Origin: Vermamoeba vermiformis
Taxonomy: Eukaryota
Reading direction: 5' to 3'
Length of the DNA stretch: 64,000 bases
Assembly: GCA_045837725.1 (NCBI GenBank)
Contig: JBEWZL010000013.1
Coordinates: forward strand, 310,001-374,000
Below are positions 11,217 to 27,359 of this stretch, piece by piece. Numbering within the stretch: the stretch's first letter is position 1; each line of letters opens with the position of its first letter. The notes below the pieces were generated by a model. It was not told where the DNA came from. It made no database searches and saw only the letters and a list, made by a program, of their open reading frames with translations. The position numbers and the translations under genes were made by a program.

Positions 11217-12999
11217 ATGGCTTTCATATCAGCATTAATATCCATATCTATTTGGTGGTTAGGTTTCTTTGTCATTATACGGCTGATCGAGGTAAGACAC
11301 GAAAATTTTTGCTTACGTGGTAGATTATTTAGTATTTTTAATTATAGTATATAACTCCGAATTCATTTTGGAAATTCTTGGAGACCAATAACTTGACGAT
11401 TAAGCTTGGATATGTCCGATGGGCGACAGTTCGTCTAAATCCAATCTTTTATTCGTTGGGCAACAGATTTCATCGAGCCTGGAACATATGGTACTTATTT
11501 GGTGCACTATTTGGCGTAATAGCAATGTTTGGCTCAATCATATTGCTGGCTCTCAATTTATTTTGGACACTCTCCGCACCCACCGCTGACAACCAAATAT
11601 TGACCCCAGTGGTACGTGTCACAATAGGAATACTTAGCTTATGCTTTTGTTTATATAATCTAACTGTCGAGTAGATCCCAGGTGTCAATGTCCCGAACAG
11701 CCAGTTGGTGTACTATTTCCTAGCGATTATGATCAGTGGTGTCATTCACGAGTTCGGTCACGCCCTTGCGGCAGTGAGCAGCAACAAAAATGTCACCATG
11801 TTCGGCATGTTCCTCATGTTCATCTATCCTGGCGCATTCGTGGACATTCCCATCGAAGATTTTCACTTTTCAAACCCTCAGCCCACACGTCGCGATTTGT
11901 TAGCCTCACTCAAAGTGTTCACAGCTGGTGGCTGGCACAACGCTGTACTGGCACTGCTGGCATTCTTCTGCCTCATTGGACAGGGTGTGATATTGGCACC
12001 GTTCTTCAGTCATGCCACGGGAGGTGTGATTGTGTCGAGTGTGCGTGCTGACAGCGCCATGGCACATGATTTCAAAGCGGGCGATCAGATCGTAGCAATC
12101 AATGGCTGTCCTGTGACACGTGGCACTGGTGAGTGGGACGACTGTTGGGTGAACATGGCTGAAGGAGGCTTCAAGCCGCTCAAGTATTGCGTAACCGAGT
12201 CTAAAATCGATGGTACGTGAACATCTGCTTCAATTTCAATTTGCTGACGTCTGTCACAGAGTCAGCACTTCACGCTGATTGTTGTGTGGAAGACACGCTG
12301 TCCTCAGAACAGTGCTGGGAGAGATTCAAAGACGACAAGTCACAACAGTTCTGTCACTCCGTCAAGACTATCATCGCCGACAACAAGTACTGCAAGACGA
12401 ACAGTGATTGCAACAGTGGTACGACAACTTGACACTGTGCTGCGAATGATACTAATGCGGTGATTAGGTGAGGATTGTGTGGGACCAGTGCTGCCCAAAG
12501 ATTACATGATTCTGCACGTCAAGTTCAGCAATGGCAAGCAGTACTATTATGCGGCCAATCCAGCTGATTTCTATTTGTCCGGTACGTGGTGCATGTCACT
12601 CATGACAATCTCATCAATCTTTGCTAACAAATCGTTGCACAGTGAAAGTGAGCGACTTCAAGAAGAGATTTGATTGGTTGTTCTTTGTGCCTATCAATTT
12701 CCCCGAGCTGTGGTCTAAATTCTTCAAGTACGGTTATTATCTTCGGACGGTGGATCAGATCTAACCTTTTGATTCGCAGTTACTTAATGTCCATCTCTGG
12801 AGCACTTGGCCTAATGAACTTGGCGCCTGTTTACTACCTCGACGGCGAGTACGTGATGCGCTGCTTTATTCAGCTTTTGTTCCCCACTTGGACTGAGCAC
12901 AGACGACAAGGCGTGGCGACATTGTTCTTCAGACTGATGACCACTTTGTTCGTGTTGAATATCATCGTCTCGCTCGGCGTGTTGTATCTGCGGCACTAG
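11217..12999 (+). CDS. MBTPS2: Site-2 protease (M50 intramembrane zinc metalloprotease) with PDZ-like and Cys-rich insert
   Basis: IHEFGHALAA zinc motif, PGAFV, AGGWHN, NLAPVYYLDG; multiple transmembrane segments. Confidence 0.92.
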
Positions 13000-13121
13000 A
13001 CTGACTGACGATAATAGCATGTACTTGGACAGTAGTGCACTTCACATGTAAATAGTATTCGAAAATAAAACGATTTAACTGTACATTAATTCACAAAAAA
13101 ATACTACATATATAACACATG

Positions 13122-15145
13122 TTACTTCCTCATGTGCGGAGGAGTGGGTGGCCGATTGATGAGGGACGGAACTGCAGCGAGGTTCTTGTACGTGAAGCCA
13201 ATGAACGGGATATCTGTCTGTCGTAGCCGTCGACCACGGAAGATGGGATATTTTGAATCAATTTCGCGCCGACTTTCAACCTCTTCTTGGACGTCTTTGT
13301 TGTCCTCGGCCTCGTCTTCTGAATCACTGAATCGATCGGGATCATCGACGGGGAAGTTCGATGTGTCCAATGGGTGCTCAATGCGTGGCACAATCGGTGC
13401 TTGCTGTGCGCGCATGTCATCCCAATCAATGTCCTTGAAGAACGGATGTCGCTTGATTTCATCTGCTCCACCCGTGCCAAGCCGTTCTTTTCTGTCAGTC
13501 AACAGCCGCCGAATCAAATCCTGTGCCTCGGGACTCAAATCAACATCATTAAACACCTCGTCTAGCGTTTGTTTCCAATTGATGATCTTGCGAATGGTGC
13601 TGTCACTGCCGCCTGATGAATCTGAAAAGAACACGGGGAAGCCAGCCATCATCTCGAACAAAATCACGCCGACAGACCACCAATCAGCTTCTTTGCCATA
13701 GCCCGTGCCATCGGGATTGAGCACTTCAGGGGCCATGTAATCAGGTGTGCCGACTTCAGAGTACGCGAGCACGCGTCTCTTTTGTTTCCACGAATTGAAT
13801 CTGTCCGAGTTGATGCTGCTGTACCAGTCCTTGTCTTTCTTATCTACCGTGTTCGTATTGTTGTTGTTGCCGCTGTTCGAGAGTGGCTTGTGTTCTGAAC
13901 TGCTCTCAGACTCCTGCTGCAAGTACTGCTGATATTTGTTTTGAAACTTTGACACGCGGTCGTCGGTGGTCAGACCCGTGCACAGACCAAAGTCAGACAG
14001 TTTGATGTGTCCGTTCTTGTCGAGCAATATGTTGTCGGGTTTGATGTCCCTGCAATAAGACTCGTGAGTTGAAGGTCTCTTATAACTGCCGCATTAATAC
14101 CACGTACCTGTGAATGTAATCAAACTTGTGAATGGATTCCACTGCCAGCACAATCTCCGCTGCGTAAAATCTCGCCTCCTCTTCAGTGAACACTTCGTAT
14201 TTCATCAGCGTGGTCATCAGATCTCCTCCGGGTGCGTACTCCATCACCAAATACAAGTATATAGCGTCCTACTAAGGTTATTTATACTGATCATGTTATT
14301 AACCATAACATTACGTGCCTGGAATGAGTAATACAGGCGCACTACCCACAAATTTTGTTTGTAAAAGTCGTTTAAATAGGCCAATGCGTCTCGTTCATTT
14401 TGAACGTGGGCAACCTATTCATTAAGAGGTATATATTAGTGACAGATATTGATGTAAATCTTGTCGAGTAAAGGATGGAAATAGTAAAGATTGCAAATTA
14501 CACGTCGATTACAAGAGAAATGATGACAGTTGCATGGATCATTAACACTCTATGTACCTGATTGCGCTCGATCATCTTAGATTTCTTCAGCTTTTTCATC
14601 GCGTACAGCTTTTTGGTGCCACGCATCCGCACGAGACGAACCTATTGAGCCAGTTTGTGACACATACTAACGGGACGGATCGTATTTCCGCATGCTTACC
14701 TCGCCAAAAGATCCTCTTCCAATAACTTTAATAGTTTGAAATGTATCTTTTGTTAGTCTTATTCGCCGTGCTCGTAAAAACTGTGTCTCGATCTGGTCTA
14801 ACTTTTTTCTTCTACCCTCGCGTTCTTCTTCACTTAAACCTAATTGGTCCATTTTTTGTTCGTACCGCACTCGCCTTGTAATATGAATTTTAAATTAATT
14901 TATCGGCATTTCAGATTTCAGAATTAATTTTCAAATCCACGCGTATCAATAGTTTACCTCAATTCTCGCTCGCCAATCGACTTAAATAAATTTTTGTAAA
15001 ATCTTTCTATGCCTGCTTTCGCTGCAGTTGCTGCTTCTTTCGTAGATGGTGAGATTTCTTTCTCTTCCTCCTCGTCATCGTCTATGTTAGCACGACTAAG
15101 GTCCAGGTTATCTGGATCATCCGAGTACTGATAATCTTCCATCAT
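13122..15145 (-). CDS. NDR/LATS-family AGC Ser/Thr kinase
   Basis: N-terminal Mob-binding region (ETQFLRARR), [24 protein letters not shown], long activation-loop insert, [14 protein letters not shown], hydrophobic motif FIGFTY. Confidence 0.93.
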
Positions 15146-15317
15146 TTTCACAAGCTGTGCTCATTGATTGCGCTCACAGTAATTGTTTCGGTAAATTCCA
15201 CTCTTGCCATTTTTATTCGCGTACACGCCAACACTTCAAAACGGCTGACAGCAACATCTACCTACAATATCTTTCAAAGTTTGCTCAATATTTACAAGTT
15301 TAGCATCGACACAAAGG

Positions 15318-16999
15318 TTACTCTTTCAATAAGCGTTCCAAGTTGTCACCGAATATTTGCACGGAGAAGTTGTCGAGCACGTGACGGCGACCATTTCGAC
15401 CCATCTCAGCGACGAGTTGTGCGCTGTCGAGCAGCGAGATCATGGCACGGGCAAAGTGCTCGGGCTCAGGGGGACACAAATAGCCTGTGTTGCTGTCTTT
15501 GACGGTCTCTAATGGTCCACCGCTGTACGACAAAAATGAGTCTTAGGCGCAATTGATATGAAGCCTACATTACCTGTTGCATGCAATGACTGGTGCACCT
15601 GAGAGGGCTGCTTCAAGCGGCACAATGCCAAAGTGTTCGTTGATGGGAGTGTAGAGCACGGCCATGCAAGTTCTACGCGTGCACTGTCAGCACTAAGATC
15701 TTTGACAGTACTGTACTTACGTTAATAAGACGTTTCGCTCGGCATCGGGCACAGAGGGTTTGAACTCGACATTGTTTTCTAACTTGAACTCAGTCACCAA
15801 CTTCTCGAGTCCTGCAAGAGTGTCGCGGTTGTCTTGCAATCTGTGGTCAAATCCACCAGCAATCACGAGCTTGACATTCGTGTAGCCCTTGTTGCGCACT
15901 ATATTCAGTGCTTTTACAGCTAGATCATGACCTTTCTTGCCTTCAAATCTGTTCAATGACAAGAAGAATGGTGCCTTGCTGCAGAAGAAGGTCAGTTTAG
16001 AAGATCAATACGCAATACGGTTCATACACTCGTAGTTTGGGGTCAGATTCAGTGAAGTTACTGTGATCTACAGCGGGATAAAGGACTGCAGGCACAATTT
16101 TAATGCGACGGAAAGTGTCTTTGAACACCGAAGCAGTGAAGCGGCTGTTGACCAGTATTTGATCGGCTTGTGCTGTGGTGATTTCTTCCAAGAAGTCTAA
16201 CGGCAATCGATACAACTTCTTGAGGAGACTCTTGCGCTGTGTCAAGAGCTGATCTGGGAAGTGACAGTAAAACAGAACCTGACATAGGCCTTCGTTAGCA
16301 AGAAATATCGCGCACAGTTGTACTTTACCTTAGCACCGCTCACTCGCAACAGCGGCACAGTCGCTGAGATTTGATCGACGAACACAACGTCTTGAGGCTC
16401 GCGCCAATTATCGTACAACCAGCGCAAGGAGAGGTACACGAAGCGAAGTAAAGCGCACGGCAAATGGAATTTACCGAATATCTGTACACGAGTTAGCTGA
16501 TGATAACACGAGGCTATTATAACCCTTACGTGACGCGGAAGAAAGTTGCCGTGAACGTGTACTTTGAGGGTACCTGTGACAGCGTACATTAACGTCAACT
16601 GGGCGATAACAGTCAGTAACGTACCATCGCGAGTGGCTTGAAAACATCTGCCCTCGCTGGGGTCGTGAAAGGCTGTGTAGATCTGCACTTGATGCCCACG
16701 ACGTTGCAGAGTGAGTGCCACTTCAACAACGAGCTTTTCAGCACCACCTGCATTAGTATTGAGCAACCAATCGACGTTGAAATTATGTGCTGCTTACCAA
16801 TACCGAGATCAGGGTGAATAAAGCTCACTTTTAAGACTTTCTTAGTCTGAAGTAATAAAATTAGTGACGTGTTCAAGTCCAGATCTGGGTGACGTGTCTT
16901 ACTTTTCAGATTGGATTTCGACGAGGCATTTCGTACTAGCAGTATATACAATACTAAAGTGGATAATAAAGCTAATACAGCTGCAACAAGGTAGTTCAT
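15318..16999 (-). CDS. ALG2: Alpha-1,3/1,6-mannosyltransferase ALG2
   Basis: N-terminal [57 protein letters not shown]. Confidence 0.93.
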
Positions 17000-17288
17000 T
17001 TTGAAGAAGCTACAAAAAAATTGTTAGAATTTTAAATAGCGTGTATCTGCTATATACTCGTGCAGCGCACATTATATTATGCTCAAGTGTACAATTGAAA
17101 TTTTAACATGAATTTTAATAATTTCCTTCCTTGATCGGGCGGCAACAAGACACACCAAAAAGCACTTACTGCAAAACAAATATCAATATCAAAATACACT
17201 TGAGAGTACCAGTGCAGAAGCTGAGGACCGTGCGCTGTGTTGTGCACGATTGACAGAAATATCGAACATTAAAAATTTAACACGAACA

Positions 17289-19608
17289 ATGGAGCCACAA
17301 CTCTCTGCTGCACCCGCCGTTGATAATGAGTGGAAAACTCTCCGCTCGGTTGAGATGGATGCCAATCCTGAGGCGTTTTGGTCGACCGTGGTAAGATCTT
17401 GTAATTTTCTCATATTTACGATCGTCGTCAGCATGCAATAATCCTAATTAATTGCCAATTACATTCGTAAATTTAATAATATGATGGTATGCATTTATTT
17501 TTATTATTAACGAATTTTGGAATTAATTTAGACGTCATTGACTTACGCTCCAGCTTACAAACAAATACATAAAGTTGATATATTATCCAAAGAGGTCGAT
17601 GGACTACTTAAACACGATGTCGATGTTATTCCAAACGATCAGGTTCGTGACAATACGTGGATCGCGATCAAGCGTTTCTGATCATTTTGTAACGAAGCTT
17701 GTCGAACACCAAAAAATAGTTTATAAGAGAAAACTATATCCCAAAGATTACACGCGAAAGAAGGTACGCGCAGGGGATTGATAGCGAATCAATGACCTGA
17801 CTCTTTGCGTAGGAAGTTGAGGACATCTGCTGTGCACTTCATCACGCGCAATCGCGCTGAATATGCCCCCATTATAACGTACCCCGAGGACGTGATTGCT
17901 GACTATCAAAAATACCTCAAAGAGCGCGAGGAGAATACTAGTGAAGTGCCGCAAGTCACCGAGAAGACCCTTGTTGACGAGAGGATTCTGCCGCATTATT
18001 ACATTCAAGTACGTAGTAGAGTATTAGTATGTTTATGTTAATAATGTCGCTAACACTTGAATAGGCCGAGAAATATGCGTTCCAAATGACCTTGTTGGAC
18101 AATCAAGAGACTGACATGTGCAACAAGAGCGCCAATGACACGCCAGCTGACGCGCCACATAGCGAGGCACAGTGCTGCGAGGGCGAAGCACAACAGCTGC
18201 AGCCGTCTAAGAAGTACCGCTTGAGCTTTGAATACGTGCCACTCAAGAACAGACCACAGTACGACAACAGCGAGGAGAAATTGGTACGTCCGATACTGAC
18301 CTGTGTTCTCTGCTTTCAATGCTAACACTTCTGTAGGGCAAAGTCGCGGAGTATATTCTGCAACGCATTGCGAAGTGGACTCGCAACTACTTGAAGGGCG
18401 GCTACAAGAAACGCGTCGTGCATCACAATATTGTGTCGCTCGATCATTACACCGCGCATTATCGCAGATTAAAAGAGAAATACGGGTATGTTGTTGATGG
18501 TGCTAAGTACATATCTATACTGGTGCTAACATATTCTCGGGCAGCTATTGGGTAGAGTCCTGGCAAGAATCAACCGATCCACAAAAGTTTGTGTTTGAAG
18601 ATGTAGGAATTGCTGCATTTTTAATCGCAATGTGGGAGCTGGAACGCGAGGAATTACACTTGGACAAGTAAGTGGTGCTACATTTAGCTGTTTATCGTTC
18701 AAGACTAATAACGAGCTTATTCCACAGAAAGCAATCGTTTGGTATGTTACTTGACAGGTGTATAATAAGATTATATTACTAACACATAGGTAGTTGATAT
18801 TGGCGCGGGTAATGGTTTCTTGACATATTTGTTAACGGCGGTAAGTTTATCGGCAAAGCCCAACAATTGGTTCACTAACAAGTCAATTTGTGTACATATA
18901 TACTTATCAATAATTATGTGATTAGGAAGGACACCCTGGTCGCGGCATTGACATTCGTAAGCGAAAGATTTGGGAGAAATACCCGCCTGAAGTGAGGCTT
19001 GAGGAAGAGCCCATCCAGACTGAGTCCGCGAGCTATGATGAGGACTGGATTATAGCCAATCATTCAGGTATAATCCACTCACAGTTAAAGTCGTTATTTT
19101 AGGAACAGATCATTTCGGTTTACGATCTATCTTTGGTTGCGTTTTCACTTACGATTTTATGAATTAGATGAACTCACTCCGTGGGTGCCTATAATCGCCT
19201 CACGCAACAATAACAAGTTCTGGGTCATGCCGTGTTGTGAGTGGGACTTCGATCGCAAATTCAACAAGAAACAGAAAGGCTTGTCGCGATATTTGTGCTA
19301 CTTGGAATACGTGAAAACAATTTCTGAGACGTCAGGATTCAAGGTAAATCTACCTTTTGTGCTTCAAAAAGAATTTACGATTCTAAATTGTTGGATGAAT
19401 GTAGCCTGAAGTTGAACACATGAAGATTCCTTCAACAAGGTGCACTGCGATTGTTGGTCGATATCGCACTATTGATGTAAATAATGAAGAGGAAGTGACC
19501 GAAATGCAGAACAATCAACGCAACATGTTGCTGAAGAGTAATTTCATTCAATTCAAGCCACGGTTCCGAGATCCGAGCAAAACGCATCAAAATCGTAAAG
19601 ATAAGTAA
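17289..19608 (+). CDS. TRMT44: tRNA (uracil-O2'-)-methyltransferase Trm44-like
   Basis: [71 protein letters not shown]. Confidence 0.88.
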
Positions 19609-20213
19609 ACTTGCAACCCTTTTAGGCACAATAAGGCATTATTGGTTTATTCCTACTTATTTTGCCGGAAGGTAACTACTTGTGGCCACAACAGTAACTC
19701 CGCAGATCCGCCTGAACTGTTGTAAAGAATACGTACTGGCTAATTTAATGTTGCGAATACCGGTATATTCATGCGATTAATTTTACGTGAGAATTACTCG
19801 TTGCACGTGCCTGTCACAAAATACTTAACAATTGCGATTAGTAATTGCGAGTAAAGTTCTTTGGTTTACGCGCCAACTCTTAACTAATTACTTATTAATG
19901 AGACTAGGAACAAGTTATTATTCATGAATAGTGTTTGACTGATTTATTAACCCACTGAGCCGTTAATTAACTGACTGATTCAAAATTCAAAAAGGTCTTA
20001 CTTGTAGGTAATCAAAGCTTCTGATACAACAATAGGGCTAAATATAGCGCGTTAATTTTCTTTTCGCGAATCTTCAACTTTGTACTAGTTTGGTATAGTG
20101 TCAATTCATGTCACTCAACCATAAAGTGATTTTTTCTGCCTCGTTGATTGTTCATCGTTTCTAAACGCAACGCAAAACCACACCTCACCGTTACTCACCG
20201 AGCAGTCGTTAAT

Positions 20214-21406
20214 ATGTCTAAGAAGAAGGAAGAAGTAAGAACTCCGGATGCAAGAAGCGCAATCCCTCGTTTTAAGATCGTAGTTATTGGCTCGGGTGGT
20301 GTTGGAAAGAGTTGTTTAACACTCAGATTTGTCCGAGACGTATACCATGACGAGTAAGTCCCTTAGCTATGCGACAACTACTCCAGATCGCAAAGTAGAA
20401 TCATTTTGATTTTCTGGTTATTTTAGAATTTAAATTTAATGCATACTAACGATTACTTTACTACAGTTACGACCCTACATTAGGTACGCCGTTTAAAACC
20501 GAAGAGTCCGTTTTTTTGATCAACCTATTGATTTTTTAATTACAGAGGACGCTTACAGAAAACAAGCCAAACTAGACGGAAACGATGTTATATTTGATAT
20601 TTTTGACACAGGTAAAATAATTTATCCTACTTGTTAATGAAGAAAACGGATCGTGTTTAAAAATGGACCATGACATCTTGACATATTTTATCCACCAATC
20701 ATTTACGTTTTAAATTTACTTATGAAGCGTTCTTCCTAGGTTCGCCCATAATATTGCCATTATATTAAATATAATTGCCCAATGACTTTAATCTCTAGAT
20801 CAATTGGACTTTACGCAGATCTAACCTTCAATTTTAGCTGGCCAAGAGGAATTTTCAGCGGTGCGTGATCAATACATGAGGTAAGTAGCGTAATGTAATT
20901 ACTCATATTTAGAGTGGAGGTTGACATAAAGTTTTCCAGAACGACGGATGGCTTTCTTTGCGTGTACGATATTACCCGTGCTTCAAGCTTGCGAGAGGCA
21001 GAGAACCTTTACAAGCTCGCTATTCAGTTGAAAGATAACGCTAAAGTACCCTTTGTACTTGTCGGCAACAAAAGGCAAGTTAAAATTTATTTGTCGGATG
21101 TGAATTGGGTGTTCGGAAACTAATCGTAGCCTTAAATACTGCAGTGATATGGCTGAGGAGCGTGAAGTCGCTACTACTGATGGTCAAAAGCTTGCCGCCA
21201 AGTACGGCTGCTCGTTCTTTGAGACGAGTGCTAAGAACAACGAACACGTGCAAGAGTCCTTTGACAAACTCGCTCAACTAATCGCCCAATTTAAGCAAGA
21301 GAACCCTAGCAAAGACGCGGGTGAGGGCGACAAGAAGAAGAAGAGCAAGACCAACGCGAACAACACTAACAAGTCAAGCGACAAGAGGCGCTGCACGCTG
21401 TTGTAA
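20214..21406 (+). CDS. Ras-family GTPase (CaaX CTLL)
   Basis: GSGGVGKS, YDPTLEDAYRKQ, DTAGQEEFSAVRDQYMR, NKSD, ETSAK, polybasic tail plus CTLL. Confidence 0.93.
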
Positions 21407-21745
21407 AGCACCTGACGACACGTCTGTGTGTTCCCTAGCGGTTCGGGTAGAACCGCTGTTGATGGTAACTGCAATTGCGATTGCACGTTATTATCTTTAA
21501 TTCGTAAATAGCCTATTTAATTGTACAGAATAAAGATCTGAGTTTTGCGTTTTTTGTAAATCTGGTTTCGGCAATGAGCGTTCTAATGATTTTATGGTGA
21601 AATTCTGTATATAGAAAGTAATCTTTAATTACCAGTTGCATAATGGATTCAATTTTACGTGACGAGCAATGACAGTTGTCACCAACAATAAAATTCTCGC
21701 AATGTTTCGTCAAATTAATTGCTCGAGCTCAAACAGCGCAAGACA

Positions 21746-22616
21746 ATGCGTTCCTCCGTGCCTGACTGGGAGAAAATACTGCGAGTGGCTATTGTAGGGC
21801 TCGGTGGGGCTGGCAAAAGTTGTCTTGCACTGCGGTATATTTCAAACACTTGGGTGGACGAGTAGGTTTTTTTTGATCAAGCTGCCAATATCTTTTATTA
21901 ATGAATTAGATATGACCCAACCCTCGAAGAAACATATAGGAAGAAATATAAAGTCGGCGATAATGAGTATTTCGTCGACATTTATGACACAAGTAAGGGC
22001 GGATCACTGCCAATATCTTTTTAATTTATTCTTATGTATTAATTTGTTAACCAGCCGGACAAGAAGAAATGCAAGACATAAGAGATCAATATATTAAAGG
22101 AGCCGATGGCTTTTTGGTTTGCTACGATGTCAGCAGTGACAGGAGTTTCAGATTTGCTGAAGACCTAATTGGCCACATTAAACAAATGAAGCGAGCAAAT
22201 CCTCCTATTATCATTATTGGCAATAAGATGTAAGCATTTGATGTTGCTATTGACAGGTCCTAATTAGTAAAACCAGAGATCTAGATCCCGCAGAACGCGA
22301 AGTAACATTGGAGCAAGGAAAAGCCCTTGCGGATAAACTCGGTGTCAGCTTTTTTGAAGCCAGTGCCAAGACAGACTCCTCTGTTAAAGAGGCATTCGTT
22401 GAAATAATAGATGCAGTACGCAAGGCGAAAGCGAAGATAGTCGCAGATATGGCCTTGCAAAATAGCGACGATTTAAAATTAAAACCTCACAGGATTTCGG
22501 ATACTCAAAATAATAATAATACCAATAATAAGACTTACCGACAAGCAGATCCATCGGTTCCAAGGAAAAAATCAACGGACAAACAAAATAAGCCGTGTAG
22601 TTGTACTATATCCTAA
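21746..22616 (+). CDS. Divergent Ras-family GTPase (tandem paralogue)
   Basis: GLGGAGKS, YDPTLEETYRK, DTTGQEE, GNK.D, EASAK, C-terminal CSCTIS. Confidence 0.88.
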
Positions 22617-23088
22617 ACCAATCACTTCATTAGTTGTTAACATAAATGTATCATATTTGTATAGTAGTAAAGCGCTTCATGTAAATTTACCCGCGGTGGT
22701 TCATGCAGTGACAAGCAAATTAATTTTCCGTGACAGAATAATATTTTAATAATTTAATCAAAGTCAGTTGTCTTACCCCGTTTGGATCACTCGTGTTGTC
22801 GAAGAGTTGGATTTCCGGATTCCGTTTAGTGTTCTGACGTTCACTCATAGTGAAGTTCATGCCATATAAATGCACGCCTCCCTTAACTTTAGAAGTTCAT
22901 GCGTTAACTCTGGTGGTGTGACAGACAACAAACTAAAATTTTTAACGGACTAATTCATTCCTAGATCACGCCTCTGAACTCAAACACACAAAAACACCCC
23001 TTTGCGATCTCATTATCTCAAAACGTAATCGAAAATTACCACGTCGTTGTTATCGTCCTTGCTTCGTCAGGTCTCATCTCTTGTGGGG

Positions 23089-26642
<3,554 letters not shown>

Positions 26643-27359
26643 TGGCATACAATTAATTGCCTAAGAGTACGTCCAGTGTCTATGTAACCCTATTTATTTC
26701 GTGTACATACCTGTTTCGCAAATCCGTCCGATTTGATTCGTTTCTGTAAATAGACCATTCACATCTCGCATCGAAACAGCTGTTTATCTAGTACCTGCCA
26801 GTGATACAGGGCGGATCCTATCGTTTTGATGCGGAATTTTGCTCCTAATCCGTTAGTTTCGATAATTTTTTTAGGTATTCATCAAATTAATGATTTTAAA
26901 TCCCAACGTACGAAATTCAAGTAGTACATCCATATTTGACGCATAATCTGGATGGCGGAGAACAAAAAGAATAGTGAAAAATGTAACTTCCATAAATAGA
27001 AGGCCCGAACTTATTGATATTTTACCGCCGCCAGCCATTTTTCCATTCAAATTACGCCTAAAAGCGTTACATGATTCTATTTGTGATGGTATGTTCTTGT
27101 TTCGGCCCCGTCCGGCGAACATTGAAGTAGATCTAAAATTAGGAACGGAATCCACAAGGAGCCGAAACAAAGCATTCCATAATCCAACAAATTGCATACT
27201 GATCATGTCATATTTGGGCTCATATCTGGCAGGTTAATCTGGCTTTTGTCTTCGGTTCACTTATTATGACGTTTTTGACACGACATAAAAAATAACAGAA
27301 ACAAAATTTGTATTTTATTTTCAGCTTGTGCAGCGGCAGCGCATCATCAATCAATATAA

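Noticed and set aside
13132-13701. Long antisense ORFs (also 7003-7548, 34507-35034, 42193-42765, 47748-48311, 60872-61432)
   Set aside because: They are shadows of conserved genes on the opposite strand and have no motifs of their own.
21437-21457. Perfect 8-bp hairpin AGCGGTTC-GGGTA-GAACCGCT in the Ras 3' UTR
   Set aside because: A single short stem is expected by chance in 64 kb and has no supporting context.
22690-22905. Repeated (GAA)GTTCATGC motif upstream of the USP gene
   Set aside because: Only two or three short copies, not seen at other promoters; insufficient to call a regulatory site.
26871-27237. Short ORFs in the USP-7TM spacer (similarly 4158-4380, 46431-46889, 47148-47363, 55245-55646)
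   Set aside because: No coding-like composition, splice chain or motif; likely intergenic or ncRNA sequence.
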